A stretch of 64,000 nt of DNA, taken from the NCBI GenBank assembly GCA_044226015.1, contig JBGAHS010000001.1, positions 1,312,001 through 1,376,000 on the forward strand, in the 5' to 3' direction. The translations under genes and the position numbers were made by a program. The notes under the pieces are model-generated. The model ran no database searches, was not told where the DNA came from, and saw nothing but the letters and a program-made list of their open reading frames with translations. Shown piece by piece: positions 20,541 through 35,000 of the stretch (the stretch's first letter is position 1; each line of letters begins with the position of its first letter). The stretch comes from Candidatus Obscuribacteraceae bacterium. GTDB taxonomy: Bacteria; Cyanobacteriota; Vampirovibrionia; Obscuribacterales; Obscuribacteraceae.

Positions 20541-22439
20541 GTGCTGATAAAACGAGTTATTAGTTTAGCGTTCTTGAGCGGATTATTTCTTGGACTTGCG
20601 CCGCTTGATTTCGTTGTGTCTGAGGCGAAGGCCGAGTCCCTTTCCGTGACAAACGGCAGCAAGGGTGCCAGCACTGTTCCAGTTTCGCAATCTTCTCAAA
20701 TCGTTATTTTGCCGATGTTGATAGTTGGTAGGCAGTGTACCTTCAGTGTGGTCGACGGAAATGGTAGACCACTTTCAAATGCTGGAGTGAATCTGGGTGA
20801 GCAATTATTTGTGACCGATTCCATGGGTACCGTCACTTTCAATGTTCCTGATCAGGATGCTTTTGAGCTGACTTTGCAGGGTGATGGGCGCAAAAAGATT
20901 GGCAAACGCAAGTTTAAGCGTGTCACTGACAAAGTTCTTGCAGAGAGTGATTCGCTAGCTGAGGCTGCAAGCAGTATTTTGAATCTCGATAGCACTACAT
21001 CTGGTGCACCAGCTGTCTTGTACTCGCCTTCAGTCATTTCTCCGGGCGAAGTGTTTGTTGTTTTAGGGAAGAATTTTTCCGAGAAAATTTCCGACAACGT
21101 CATCGATATTGATGGGTTAAATGCAACGGTCCTTTCAGCGAGTAAAGATGGACTTCTGGCGCTTGCGCCAGTTCGCTTGCGGATGGGGCCGCAAAAGGAA
21201 ATTTTTGTCACAGTGAATAATCAAGCCTCAAATATCTGTGAGCTTGATGTGGCTACACCGTTTTTCAATCATTCGAAAACTGATGACAATGATGCCTCTC
21301 CTGAGCACGGAAAGTTGGGAATGAATGGAACGAACGTGCCTTGTCTTTTGAGAGTTGTAAACGAAGACACTGATGCTGTCACGCTCTGGTCACCAAAGCA
21401 GGAGCCGATGGGGAAGACAAATATTCTTCTTACTCCTGGTGGTGATCAAAATTTTCTAGATATAGACATGCGAGTTCTAGCTCGATCGAAAAAAGAAAAC
21501 CCGGTCAGTTTAAGTCTTGAACAAGCAATGGGTTCTCTGAATGGCAGTGGCACTATTCCTCCGCAATTACTCAGTGCGATTTGCAAGGCTGAGATTATTC
21601 GTTTGGAAAGACGCAAGGTTGCAACGGAATATCGTTTGGATGCCTTGCGAAAGATGAGTGGACCTGAACTTTCCGGACAAACAATTGATGCTGACAAAAT
21701 GGAGACGGAGAGCAAAGCGCTTTCTCTAAGACTGCAAAGAATCAGGAAGAGTCTCAGTGCTCGTCAAGCCATTTTTGAAAGTCTTGGTTACACAGATGCA
21801 CAGTACAGGCAAGTTTTGGATGATGCTACAGGTGGTGCATTATTGACGCTGGACCAGTCGGTGAAACCAATTGTCATAGTTTCAGATGGTGGCGTTGCTT
21901 ATGCCTCCAGCGACTCGGATAACAAGCCAGCGCCGAAGACTAAGAAAAAGGCTATTTCACAGAGGATGATGGAGCCGGTAATACGACTTCTTCCACCGAT
22001 GACAAAAGAAGAGCAAGCCATATTTGATGCGATGCAATCAAAAACTCCGACGGGAAACCTTGGGGACTCAACTACTTCTGGTCGATCAGGTGGTGACAAC
22101 GTCGTCACCAATGCAGAGGGGGTTCAGCTAAGAGGGCAGAATTTTGTCGAACCAGAGCCGGGGTTTTCGGAAGAATCTCGCGCTGGTTTGGGTAAACCGG
22201 GAGATTCTGTTAAATCCCTGAAGAGTTCGGCAGGTTCCAAGCCTGCCGCTTCTGTAAATTCCAAGCCAGCTCCCGTGCATTCCAAGCCTGCAGCTGAGAA
22301 AACAAATTTGGTGAAAGATTCGAATGCAAAAAGCTTAGCTGTGAAAAAGTCCAAGCGTGGCAAGCCTGCGATTTCCTCCAAGACTGCTAAGCGTTCAATT
22401 AGTTCTGTGGTGCTTAAGAAGCGCAGGCGTCGTCGCTAA
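20541..22439 (+). CDS. Secreted protein with IPT/TIG-like domain and basic C-terminal tail
   Basis: Signal peptide; SPGEVFVVLGKNFS...VLSASKDGL IPT/TIG-like segment; ends KKRRRRR. Confidence 0.6.
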   Translation: MLIKRVISLAFLSGLFLGLAPLDFVVSEAKAESLSVTNGSKGASTVPVSQSSQIVILPMLIVGRQCTFSVVDGNGRPLSNAGVNLGEQLFVTDSMGTVTFNVPDQDAFELTLQGDGRKKIGKRKFKRVTDKVLAESDSLAEAASSILNLDSTTSGAPAVLYSPSVISPGEVFVVLGKNFSEKISDNVIDIDGLNATVLSASKDGLLALAPVRLRMGPQKEIFVTVNNQASNICELDVATPFFNHSKTDDNDASPEHGKLGMNGTNVPCLLRVVNEDTDAVTLWSPKQEPMGKTNILLTPGGDQNFLDIDMRVLARSKKENPVSLSLEQAMGSLNGSGTIPPQLLSAICKAEIIRLERRKVATEYRLDALRKMSGPELSGQTIDADKMETESKALSLRLQRIRKSLSARQAIFESLGYTDAQYRQVLDDATGGALLTLDQSVKPIVIVSDGGVAYASSDSDNKPAPKTKKKAISQRMMEPVIRLLPPMTKEEQAIFDAMQSKTPTGNLGDSTTSGRSGGDNVVTNAEGVQLRGQNFVEPEPGFSEESRAGLGKPGDSVKSLKSSAGSKPAASVNSKPAPVHSKPAAEKTNLVKDSNAKSLAVKKSKRGKPAISSKTAKRSISSVVLKKRRRRR

Positions 22440-23041
22440 GTCTGTTCAAGAAAGATTCAAGCTCTGAATGCCGAACCCAATTTGCTAGCGTGCGGTTTAG
22501 TGCCAGTGCCTCAAAAGATTAAAGCAAAATAGGTACATGAAAATTCGATTTGTTCGTCCATACAGATCCTGAAATGTTGCCTGAACAACAAAACAAAGCT
22601 GGTTCTTAGGACAGTCTATCGGAAAGTTCCAGCTTAGCTCGTAATTGTAATGCAGCTAACATTACAGCGAAGCTAAGAAACATCAATTCAGGGCTTGGAA
22701 GCCACACCCCCTTGCTGACACCTGAAAACCAGCATGTTTGCTTTCCAGTTTCTCGACCGTGTTGGCGAATCTGAGCTTCTGTTAGCTGCAAGGACAATTT
22801 CTAGTATCAGAAGCGGTGTCAGGAAATGAAAGTCCAGCCATGGTCGCAGATTAATTCTGGAATTGCAGAATGCTGTTTCTATCGTAATACCAACGATGTG
22901 GCAGGCTAGCGTATACGTTAAATTGGGGGACAGATGTACCCGGACCGTGCGTTGTGGCGTAAACTGGTCTTATGTGCAGATAGAGACGTCAGGTTTTATG
23001 TAGCCTGACGTATGTTTCGAACTCCATCCGAGGGCTCTTGA

Positions 23042-26000
23042 ATGACTTCACCAAGCAGAACTTCCTGGAAGCCGCTTTTGTCTTTGTTTTGCTTGCTTTC
23101 TGGGCAAGTTGCGTATGGGCAAAATGTGCCGATTCCAAGTTCAAGTTCCAACACTGCTTCTCAAGCAGGTCGGGGCATGAGACCAGGGATGGTCAATACT
23201 TCAGGAGCCACGGCGATCGTCTCGGGGCATCGACCTGTCAATCTTGACTTGAGCTCGTCCTCAGCAACGATTTCGGCGGCAGGGCTTGTGCCGAATGGCA
23301 ATGTCAGCATAAATGTCGGTAATTCGACTCAGATAGTCACCCCTATGTCGATGTTGACTCCAGCGGAGATGCTGGCTGTTTATCAGGTGGTTAATAGCGG
23401 CGCTCAATCTATCCTTGTTGGCTCGACAGGTACGGCGGTCGGTGGTTCTCTGGACATAGGGGCTCAATTGAGCCACAACATTAACAGCCTTGTAATTCCC
23501 AAAGGGGTTTCGGCCGTTACTAATGTTGCTAACAGTTCCGGACTCTCGATAAGCGGCAATTTGGTTAATGCAGGCAGTTTGCTAGCAGTGTCTGATAATG
23601 CGGCGGTGAAGACTGCTCAAATTTCCGCTAACAACATCTATAACAATCCAAATGCGCTCATTTCGACTGTCGTTCCGCAAGGTGGAGTTGCGGGATACAA
23701 CAATCTGGTCAGCAATTTGAACTTGAATTTGAATGCCGCAAATAACGTCGTTAATAATGGCACCATATCTAGTGCTGGCAATTTGTCCATTAGTGCTGCT
23801 GGAACGATATCAAATACGGTGGCACTGGACAGTTCTATTGCTGTAAGTACCACAACTCCGTCCTTGTTAGCTGTTGGCGATATCTCTCTTGTAAGCGGCT
23901 CTGGAAACCTGCTCAACTCTGGGCTGATTCAAGCCGGTGGTTCTGTAAATGTAGCTACGAAGGACCCTTCGACTAATCTAGCAATTAACAACACCGGTGG
24001 ATTGATTCAGGCTTTAGGTACTACCGCAGGTGATCTCTCGGGCATGATCAATATTCGCGAGCACGATTACAGTGCAAGTGCGAGTACGTTGTTGGTTGGA
24101 GGCGATTGGGACTCGAAGCAGCTTAATGTTAATGGCGGGCAGGGCGAAGTATTTGCGAATGTGGAGAATGTCAGCGGTAAGTTGAATACAAATGCCGGCA
24201 TTGCTCACGTATATGCAGAAACCCCTAATCTCACCATTGGCGAATGCACCATTAGTGGTGACCCGACCTATGTGAATTCCGGGGGGAACGTAACCATCAG
24301 CGGTACCCTGGCGGAAGCAGAATCTCTTGCAATCATAGCTTCCGGCAACATTTTAGCTGCTTCTGGCGTGGCGTCTAAGATTGTAAACTCCGATGGTGTT
24401 CGAGGCTATGACGTTTACTTGATTGCTGGTGCCAAAGTCACGATCACCAACTGCACGGGATGTTCTAACAGCGCTGGTGGAATCACAGTGCCAACTGGCA
24501 AGGTGACTGCGGGATTTGTTCAAGTCGCTACTGGTGGTACTGGCGGGAAGATTGACCTCACCACCGGCAATACCTTGTCTTCGGGTTCTATCATCGACAC
24601 CAGTGGCACCACTGCGCGAGGTGGCGACGTATACTTGATCGCTCTAGGCGGCACGTCCGGCACGATCAGTTATCCGACAGGCACTAGTATCAACACTGGG
24701 GCGGGCGTTGACAAATCCACTGATGGCAAGGTCTTCATTTTCGCTGGGAGCACAGCCGGCACTAGCAACCTTGGTGGTATCGTCACCACGTCGGGGGTTG
24801 GTCCGAACACCCTCCAGGGCGGAATCGACATCCGCACTGCAGCTCCAGTTTTCTCGGGTGGTGCGGGCGCTTGCGGCACTTGCATCAGCTTCGACTCAAC
24901 AGGTGTTCAGTCAGGATCTATAGGCAATGGAACAGCGTCAAACGGCAATATTAATCTCAATGGAAACGTCGTCACTCGAAATGGAGCTAGTATTTTGGCG
25001 ACGATCGGGACCGGCACTCTCACCACTATTGGCACATTGACCACCGGGCTGAATCAGCTCGGGGCTGGTGGGTTGGTCGTCACTGGTCCTGTGACCGGTG
25101 GTATCACCTACAGCGGTAGCGGGTCTCCCAGCATACTCGCAAATGTGAATGGGGCTGTAGACCTGACGACAAGTGCGGGCAGCGTGACAATTGGTGATGC
25201 TACCCATCCTGTAACGATTACTGGCAATCTCTCCGTGAACTCTGCTAATGCTACTACACTTGGCAAGAGTGCAAGCATACAGAGTACCAATGTTTCAATC
25301 ATTTCAAAGAGTCTGTCAGTGGATGCGAGCGCCAGCATTTCTGGTACTAATAGTGTCTACTTCAAAGGCGCCTCAGTCAGTATCGGTAGTGGTACTGGAC
25401 TGCTTATTACAAGCGCCGTGTTAGGACAAATAACCACCAACAATCTGATGGTCGACTCAAACACTAGCATCACAGTAAATGCAAATCTTAATACCAGTGG
25501 AACTGGTGCTGGAGCTTACAATCTGTACTTTAATGCCTTGTCTACCACCTTCACTACCGGCACCAATACGGTGACATTGGGCAACAAGACTCTTGACGTG
25601 AACTCTGTGGGAGCTTTAACTATTGGAAATATCACCGCTGGTGATACCACGATAAACCTCACTTCTTCTGGTGGCGCTGTAAACCCGTCTACGATAACTG
25701 CGGGAAAGTCGACCGTCACAATCACTGCTGCTACAACGGTGCCCTTGAAGGGGGTTTCGCTTGATACCACTTCAGGTTCTCTAGCTGTGCACTCTAGTGC
25801 AGCTGGTGTCCAGGCTATCTCGCAAAGTGCTGGTAATTTGTCTGCCGGCTTCATTGATCTGCAGGTCCACAACAGCACTGCTGGGAGCAATATCGGGACA
25901 GCTGCGGCTCCTATCCTGATTTCCTCTGCTAATTCCTTTGTCAGTTCAAATGTTGCAGGAGCCTCCTCCTCTGCCTTTATTCGAAACACCAGTGGTGGTG

Positions 26001-29000
26001 TGATGAACTTCCAGTCCTCGGGAGGTCTCAATTCTGGAAGCACCACTTTGACGGTGACCGGAGCGGGCAGTATCAATTTTTCAGGCGACGTGCTTGGAGC
26101 TGCTTTGAAAGCCACCACTGGGTCTGGAACAATCACCGCTAGCAACAGCACGCTGATTGTAGCTGGTACAACTGTGACGTTGACTTCAACCAGCGCGGAC
26201 ATAGGCTCAGTCGGTACACCGATCAATGTTCGCACGACGGGCTCAGGAAACACCATCACCGCGGATACGACAGGATCTGTTTTCCTCAACGTTACCAATA
26301 GTGTTTTGCCAAAATTTGCTAGTACAAGCACTTTTGCAAATCTAACTTTGACTACGGACGGTTTTATTGAGACTAGTACTGCGCTGGCTGCGACTAATGC
26401 GCTCAGCATCAGCACTCTTGGCGGCAACATAAACATGGACCTTTCGCTGAGTGCAAAAACAGTCTTTCTGTCCACCGGCGGCGGCAATCTAAATCAGGCC
26501 GCCGGAACTGTAACTGGTTCGACAAGCGTTGCGATTGAAGGCAATAGTATAGTTCAGGTCAAGACTGCCACTCCAAGCTTACTGTTGCGAGGCGTTTCGG
26601 GTGACATTAATGTTGTCAATACTGGAGTCGTTACAGTGTCTTCCAGTGGCTCTGGGGCGAACGATGGGGTCTCAGTTAGCAATAACAACAACATTACTGT
26701 CTCTGGCAGTTTGATTGGCAATACAGGTTCGAATGCTCAGCCTTTTGCTTTCCAAACAACTGCTAACAACGGAAATATCATTTTCAACGCGGATGTTAAG
26801 GGGGCTCCTGGCATAACTGCTCTGACCAACGGCACCGGCACTGTCACTGTAGCGACTGGTGTCACACTGCAATCGCCTGGTAAAATATCGCTCGGAGCGG
26901 CGTCTGTGAATCTCAACGGAACTGCGAAAGTAGATTCCGCCACTTCTGTGCAAGTTTACCCAAATGTGGCGGGCACTTCTATTGGTATCAATGGTGGTGC
27001 CGGCACCTTTGCTGTTCCTGCCAGTTTGATTAGCAAGTTTACAACTCCTCAACTAATAATTGGAAGTCAGTCCGTGGGTTCGGGCGCGGTTACACAGTCC
27101 GGTTCGTTGACCATCGACAAGAGTGGCTACAGCACTTACGAGCTGCAGATTGTCACTAATGGCACTTACAACGGGGTCGGTAGCACCACAACGCTGACGG
27201 GCGATCACGATACATTTACAGTGAACTCCGTGCAGAAAGCAGATATCGGCACTATAAATGGAACGGGAACTGCTGGCGGTGTCGTTAACATAACAGCTTC
27301 CGGAGTGACCATCCAGGCACTTGGTTTCTCACTTCTTGGAACAGCCAGTGCGACTATAACAGCAAACGGACTTAGTGGAAACATTGCCAAGAGCGCAACT
27401 ACTCCTGGTATTTTAACCGTCCCCTTCTTGACTCTTGCCGCCACTGGTACGACAAGCAACATCACGGGATTATCGATATCAACAACAAGTTTAACAACTT
27501 CGACATCGTCAGGTAATGTAAGCCTTACAAACACTTCCTCTGGGACTACACTTGGAATAGCGAACACAAATGTCACAGGCACATTTAGTGTAACTAGTGA
27601 CGGACCTGTCTTCCTTTCGTTCAACCAGCAGGCGTCGGTAAGCTATAGTTTGACCACAACAGGAGCGATAACAGCTAATTCAATTGGTGCGAAAATTGTT
27701 TCGCCAAATATTAGTCTTACAACAACCACAAAAAGTCCCATCACAATAAACAATGCGGCTAATCAATTGTTGCAGGCTTCCACTTCGCTCAATTTGAGCA
27801 GTGCTGGCGGTGATATTGATGTTTTGAGTGCAACTCCTTCGGTAAAGGTTGATACTTCAGGCAATGCGAACGTATCCAATGCAACTGCTGGAACTCTCAC
27901 GCTGACATCTGGTGGAGCCACCTTCAATAAGCTTACAGTGGCTGCCGATCACGGGCTCACTATCGGTAGCGCGCTTACTGCTGCGGGAGACATTACATTT
28001 ACCACTGCCAACAATGGCGGTGTTGTGGTCAATGGTGGCAATGTCACATCGAATCTCGGCAATGTTTTTATCACTGCAAATGGGACTGGGACGATCAATC
28101 TTTCGAAGGTCGTGAGTTCGTTGACGAAGGATGTGACGCTCACTTCAGGAACGCTGACCGCCTTCACGGGGACCGGTGCTGTATCGGCCGCAGCCGGCAC
28201 CGTGTTCTATATTCCGACTGCCGGCACTACCGTTGGAGTGGCTGGAGGGGCTGGAACCTATGCGGTACTTGCAGCTCAGCTCTCTGCTAGCACTGCCAAA
28301 ACTGTGCAAATAGGTGATAATGCATCAGGAAACATCAACTCCGGGTCATTCACCCTGAATACTTCAGGGGCAGGTTCTTTTGATATCAAACTCAAGACTG
28401 CTGGAACGTTCACAGCAGCTGCTGCAACTACAATAAATTTGCAGTCTCATAATATGAATATTGATGCAAAAGGTGCCTTGTCTATAGGAACAGTTTCTGG
28501 CACAGGTTCAGCGCTTACGATGAATGCTGATAGCATCACTATGACAAAGAATATTGGGCTGGGAACATCGAGTTCTGCAACTTTGTCGGCAAATTCAGGG
28601 GCGATAGCGAACACAGGTTTCACGCTTACGGCAGCGTCTGTGAGCGTAACTGCCGGAACAAATATTGGTGCTGGATCTGGCAGTCCACTGACGATATCTT
28701 CAAGCAGCCTTTCCTATTTTGCTGCCGGAAATTCGGACATAAACAATACTAGTGGCAGCACGTTAACCGTATCTGGCATAGCGTCGGCAAATAACTCAAC
28801 ATTGAAGTCTAATAGTTCTATAGTCACCACGACTGACCTTTCAGCAAACAGTTTGTCTGTTGTGAGCACCAGTGGTGGTATCAGCTTCGGCGGGAACATA
28901 ACTGGCGCCGACGTGGTTCTGACGGCGAGTGCTGCTAACTCAATTAGCAAGACCGGAGCGTTCACCATTACTGGTACCAATACCATTTCTCTGACCAGCG

Positions 29001-32000
29001 GCTCGGGAGATATCGGTGCGATTACGACGGATACTCCTTCGTTGACGCTTACAAGCACAGGCAAAGTTGACATTACGAACAATTCCGCATCACTTAACCT
29101 CGTGACTAGCGGCAATTACGCAAGTTTCAGTGTTTCGACGGCGGGCAATCTGTCAACAAGCACCACTATTAGTTCGCTTGGAAACTTGAGTTTGACTACT
29201 CAAAATGCTGGTAACATCAGTTTCAGCAACAGCCTGAGTGCGGGTGGCTTGCTCAGCCTTGTGGCTGACACAACTGGAAAGATTACGCAAAGCGGTTCAG
29301 GACTTGTTTCCGGCTCAAGTTCGATATCTGCAACGAGTGGCTCTGGCGACATTACCTTCACTGCTATCAATGGTTCTGTGTCTGCCAAAACGACTGGCTC
29401 GCTCTCCATGACCGCAGTCAGTGGAGCCTTGAGCTTGAGTTCCGGTGGCGCAACATTCACGAATGTAAGCCTCACGGACAGTTTTGGATTGGGTATTTCA
29501 ACTGCAAATGTAATCACCGCTTCCGGCAGTTTCAACATTTCTGGCGCTGGTATGGTCTCTATCGCAGACAGTGTCGATGCTGGAACCATCACCCTCAACG
29601 CAGGCACGCTGTCTCTGGCGTCGTTGACTTCTCCGAAGGCTCTTAAGGCTAGCACAGTGAGTTTAACGAGCAATTCTTCTCTCACTGTGGATGGCTCAAT
29701 GATCAATTCGCCGAGCTTGACGTTGAGCAGTTTGTCTGGCGGCATCACTTTGACGAACAGCAACTCGACTACGCTCAGCGCCACTGCATCTGGCGCCGTC
29801 TCGCTGACATCTACTGCCACCGGTGGAACCGTGACTCTTGGTTCTGGAAGTTCCAGTGCTTCTACCTTCAAGCTTACTCTGTCCGGTACTAATGAGTCGC
29901 TCATCATTGCCGGACCAGTGGGCGGTACCTTTGTAGATATGACTGTGAACTCAGGCAGCATAACTCAACAAGCTGGCGCCGATATTACTGGCATTAACAG
30001 TGTCACTCTAAAAGCGCCATCCGGTGGTATTAGCTTTGGGGCTTCTGTGAAAGCTACTTCAGGAACCGGAACGGTGTCAATTACAGCCAAGAACTCATTG
30101 ACGGATGCTTCTGTTTCGGCCTTAAGTGCTAATACTTTGAGTCTCACATCAACGAGCGGCAACATTAGTTTGACCAGTTCTGGCTTGACTGGGAAGGGTG
30201 GCTTAACTCTCGATGGAGCAACCGGCGTCCTCTCGACTGGTGGTTTGCTCGACACAGCTGTACTGACACTCAAAGGGGGCTCAGGCTCTGTCACCGTATC
30301 CGACACTAATGCTAGTTTAATAACCGCCACCGCCTCTGGTGACATCAGTGTCAGCGATTCTGTAAGTGGGACGGTGAATATTTCCGACTCTTCTTCCACC
30401 AGTGGCAATCTGTCAGTGACCGCCACCGGGGTAGCTGATATCCAAGTTCTTACAAATCTGAGTGCTGGCAAAGATCTCACATTGCAGGCAATGAACGGTT
30501 CTACCAGCGGTTTTGGAGACCTGACTGCTGGGGCTAACGTAAATTTGATTGCTGGAAATGGCACGGTTTTCGTCGGAACAAAAGCCAGCGGCGTCGGTGT
30601 ATTCATTACCGCATCTGGCCAGTTGACTGATGTCGCACTTTCTAACATCGTTGCTTCGCAGTCAATCGGTCTTACATCCACCGGTGCTGACATCTTGTTG
30701 ACTGGTCCGTTATCAGCGGCTACATCGATTACTTTGAGTGGAGCCACAGGTGTCAGCACTTCGAGCACCATAAGTACTGGCACTCTAAACTTGGCTGGGG
30801 GAGGTGTGATTACCATACCACAGACTACCGCCAGCACCATAACTGTCAGTGGTACTGCTAGCGTGATTGTAACGGATCAAAATGCTTCGTCTGTCACTTT
30901 AGGCGCAGTCAGCGCCGGTTCATTTACTTTGACATTGCCAAACGCAAAAACTTTCGATCTGAACGGTGCCATTTCAGCTGGCACAGTTTCGCTCACATTC
31001 AACAACGCGAATCTTACGCAAAGTTCCGGGTCTCTTGGCGCGACAAGCAGCTTAAGCCTGATCTCTAGCTCCGGAAATGTGGGCACTGTAGGCGCATCTA
31101 TAAATACTTCCTCTCCAATTATCAACTTGAATGTTCCTAATACGGTGAACATTTCTAATAAGACTGCAGGAACTTTGATTGTAAACTCCTCCGCTACGCT
31201 GGCAAATTTGTTGGTTTCTACGGACCATACACTCGATATGGGCACAAACCTCACGTCCACAGGCGTTCTGACGCTCACTAGTACAGCTAACGGTGGCTCG
31301 ATTGCAATATCTAAGGACGTATCAGGTGCTGTAGTCACAATTTCAGCAAATGGCGCAGGCACCATCAGTGGAGCCGGAACTATTAGTGCAAGCACCAATT
31401 TAACGCTGAGTTCTGGTTCGGGTGATATCGGTACTGTTGGTACCCCACTCAAGACCAGTACGAACCAGATTCTCGGTCTGGGAACAACTGGGTCGGCCTA
31501 TCTGAGTAACAGCATTGGGTCTGGCTCGTTTTTTGTGAGCTTCTCTGTGCCGACTTTGATGAATCTGACAATGGTGAGTGATCGAGACATCACGACAGGC
31601 TCGGCCATAACAGTAACGAATGCGCTATCAGTTAGTACCACTGCTAACAACGCTGGCATTTTAATTGGAGCAAATACGAGTGCGGCGACGGCAACCCTTT
31701 CAGCTAATGGTTCGGGAACAGTCATAGTAGCTTCCGGTAGCACTCTTAGCGGAAGCACTTCGATCGATTTGAAATCATCTTCCGGCGACATTAGAGGTAC
31801 AGCAGCCCTGGCGGCGGCTGGTCTTGCAACTCCGTCTCTCTCTCTTGATACTACAGGGAACGTGATCATATCGAACACCTTTGCCGGTAATTTTCAGCTA
31901 TTTAATTCTGCTGCTACTTTCACATCTTTCAGTGTTGCTACCTCTCAGTCATTGACCACGCAGAATGCCATCAAGGCTGGTGGCGGCATAACTTTGTCAT

Positions 32001-35000
32001 CTGGTAATAACGGCAGCATATCTCTTTCTGGCGCCCTGACTGCATCGAATATTTCTCTGTCTGCCAACGGTTCAGGAGCTATCGTGGCTGCTGCGAATTT
32101 GTTAACTGCCAGTTCGCAAATCACCCTGACCTCTGGCTCTGGAAGTATCTCTGCTTCAAATCTCAACACACCTTCGTTGTTGTTGGGCAGCACTGGAGAT
32201 GTAAACGTAAACAACAGTAGTGTGGGCATACTCAATCTAGGTTCTACAGGTACTAAGTTCAATAACTTGCAAGTTCAAACAAGCAATGGACTGACTACTA
32301 CCAGTTCAATACAATCTGCTGGGAATCTGACTTTAGCTAGCACCGCCGGTAGCATCCTCATCGGAGCTGCGCTATCGGGTGGTGCGGTGTCTCTGACTAC
32401 CGGTTCTGGCTCTATAAATGCCGGAAGCAATGTTGTGACAGGAAGCACATCTGTGAGCTTTGTCACGTCAGATGGGGCTGTAGGTGATTCCAGTGTGATG
32501 AACGTTAACACTGCAAGTCTTAGCTTCGTAAACCTCGGTACTACGGGCATGTTTGCTAATGTCAGTGTTTCTGCGACACCTGCAGTTGCTGTGACTTTCA
32601 CAAAGTTCAGCAACCTGACTTTAGCTGCCGACCATTCTATTAATGGGTTGAATAGTCCTATAGCTGTGGGCACCATTAAAATGAGTACTGCGAACAATGG
32701 TTCGATTACTCTGGCAGGAGCGCTTGCTGATGTTATTCAATTGAATGCGAACGGAAGTGGCGGTATTACAGCAAGTTCTAATTTGACAGCGACCAGCAGC
32801 ATTTCTCTGAGTTCAGGAACTGGCGATATATCCTCGATTTCGACCAGTACAACTAAGCTGACTGTCAACACTTCAGGTTCTGCGTCGGTACAGAACAGCA
32901 GCCCTGGCACCTTGACTTTCGCTTCGAGTTCCACTTTTACGAACCTAGATTTGCAAACAGACCATGATCTATTTGTAAGCACATCAGTAAGTTCGAGCGG
33001 AAACCTTGTCTTGATGACTACCGCGAACTCAGGTTCGATTGACCTCGCTAGCACTGCCAGCGGGAAGAATGTGACCATAACCGCAAGCACCGCTGGAAAC
33101 CTAACTGCTGCCGGATCGATTAGTGGCAGCAGCACCGTTTCTCTATCTTCTGGATCTGGCAGCATAGGTACAAAAATTACGGCAATAAACACTGCCACAC
33201 CCGACCTCACTCTGAACACCACTGGAGACTCTTTCATAGCCAACACAACGGCTGCAGGTCTCAAGCTGTCGGTTGGTGGCTCTACGATGAATTCGTTGAC
33301 TGTAAACTCAAATCACGGCATCACCAGTGGAGCCACTCTAAAGGCAACGCAAATCAGTTTGAGTGCAGGAAATGCCGGTGACATCACTGTGAATACATCG
33401 ACTCAGTCGCTCACTTTTAGTACGACTGGAAGTGTAACAGCAACTAACATCGGAGCCGGTTCTCTCGACCTCACTGTGGCTCTGGTTCCAATCAATCTAA
33501 ATGTAAGTACAAATCATGATTTGAACACTCTTGGGGCTATAAGCGCCAATGGTACGGTGAATCTTAGCACTATCTTGAATGGCGGTTCTATCGCTCTGGG
33601 GGCTGACCTGAGTGGAACCAATGTCACATTGCAGGCTGATGGCGCCGGGACTATCACAAGTGCAGGGAAGGTAACTGCAACGGGCACGCTGACCCTGAGT
33701 TCTGTGTCGGGTGACATTGGTGGTGCTGGTCTGAGTACTTCTGCACCCATCATGGTGTTGAACACCAGTGGTTCAGCTAAAATCAGCAACAATACGAGTG
33801 CTGGGCTCAGCTTGAGTTCAAGTTCAACCTTCAGCAACTTGACTCTGAGCACCAACCACGCCTTAACTGTTGGAAGCAGTTTGTTCTCGGTTGGCTTGTT
33901 GCAGCTCTCCACGGCAAATGGTGGCAACATCTCAGTTGGAGGCAACATAAGCGGTGGAACGACATCGCTAAGTGCTGGTGGGGCTGGCACTCTCACGGCG
34001 AGTGGAGCCTTCTTCGTGTCAGGCTCGTCAATTAACTTGAGTTCGGGAAGTGGTCTAATCGATTTGTCCACTAAGACAACGGACTTAACTGTTGGAACAA
34101 CAGGCGCTGTAACTCTCAAGAATACGATAACTGTCTCTCCATTGAACCTCAGCTCTGGTGGAAGTACATTTAGCAGTCTGACAGTCAGCAATGACAGTGA
34201 CATCAACACAAGCAATGTGATCAATGCAACCGGGCTCATATCTTTAAGCACCACCAACAGTGGCGGTATCAATCTTGCTGACTCTTTAACTGGTGGATCT
34301 GTAGCACTCAATGCGAACAGTTCCGGTGCAATTAAACAAACCGCAGGAAGCATTTCTGCTGCGACCGTGAGTCTTGTGAGTGGTTCGGGGGCAATTCAGA
34401 ACATTGCCACCCAAACTCCAGCATTGACAGTGGGCTCGACAGGCAATGTGTCTGTTCAAAACACTACTGCAGGATTGCTTTCGCTCTCATCGACTGGAAC
34501 TAATTTCGCGAGTCTTGATATCAAAACAAATCATGACCTATCCACAAGCACCAGTCTGAGTACCGTGGGGACGCTCTCTTTGAGCACTGCTAATGGTGGC
34601 GGCATCACATTCAATGCTGATGCGTCTGGAGCTAACCTCAACGTCGTCGCTAATGGCTTGGGAGCAATTCAAACAAAAACCAATACGTTAACGGGCGTGA
34701 GTTCTGTGACCCTGACCTCAGGAAGCGGCGATGTCACTGTTAACTTGAAAGCGAGCAACCTTTTCATTGACACCACCGGTAATGTCAATATAACGAACAC
34801 GGGCAATCCCATCGGTACAAACCTGGCGGTCCACAATAGCGGAGGAACTTTCGCAAGCTTTAATGTGAAGGCAAATCAAAGCTTGACTCTTGTTGAAGCG
34901 TTGAGTTCGACTGGTGCTGTCGTGCTGAATTCCTCTAATAATGGAGATGTTTCCACTCTAAATAAGGTATCGGGTAGCAGCGTTCAAGTAACGGCCGATG

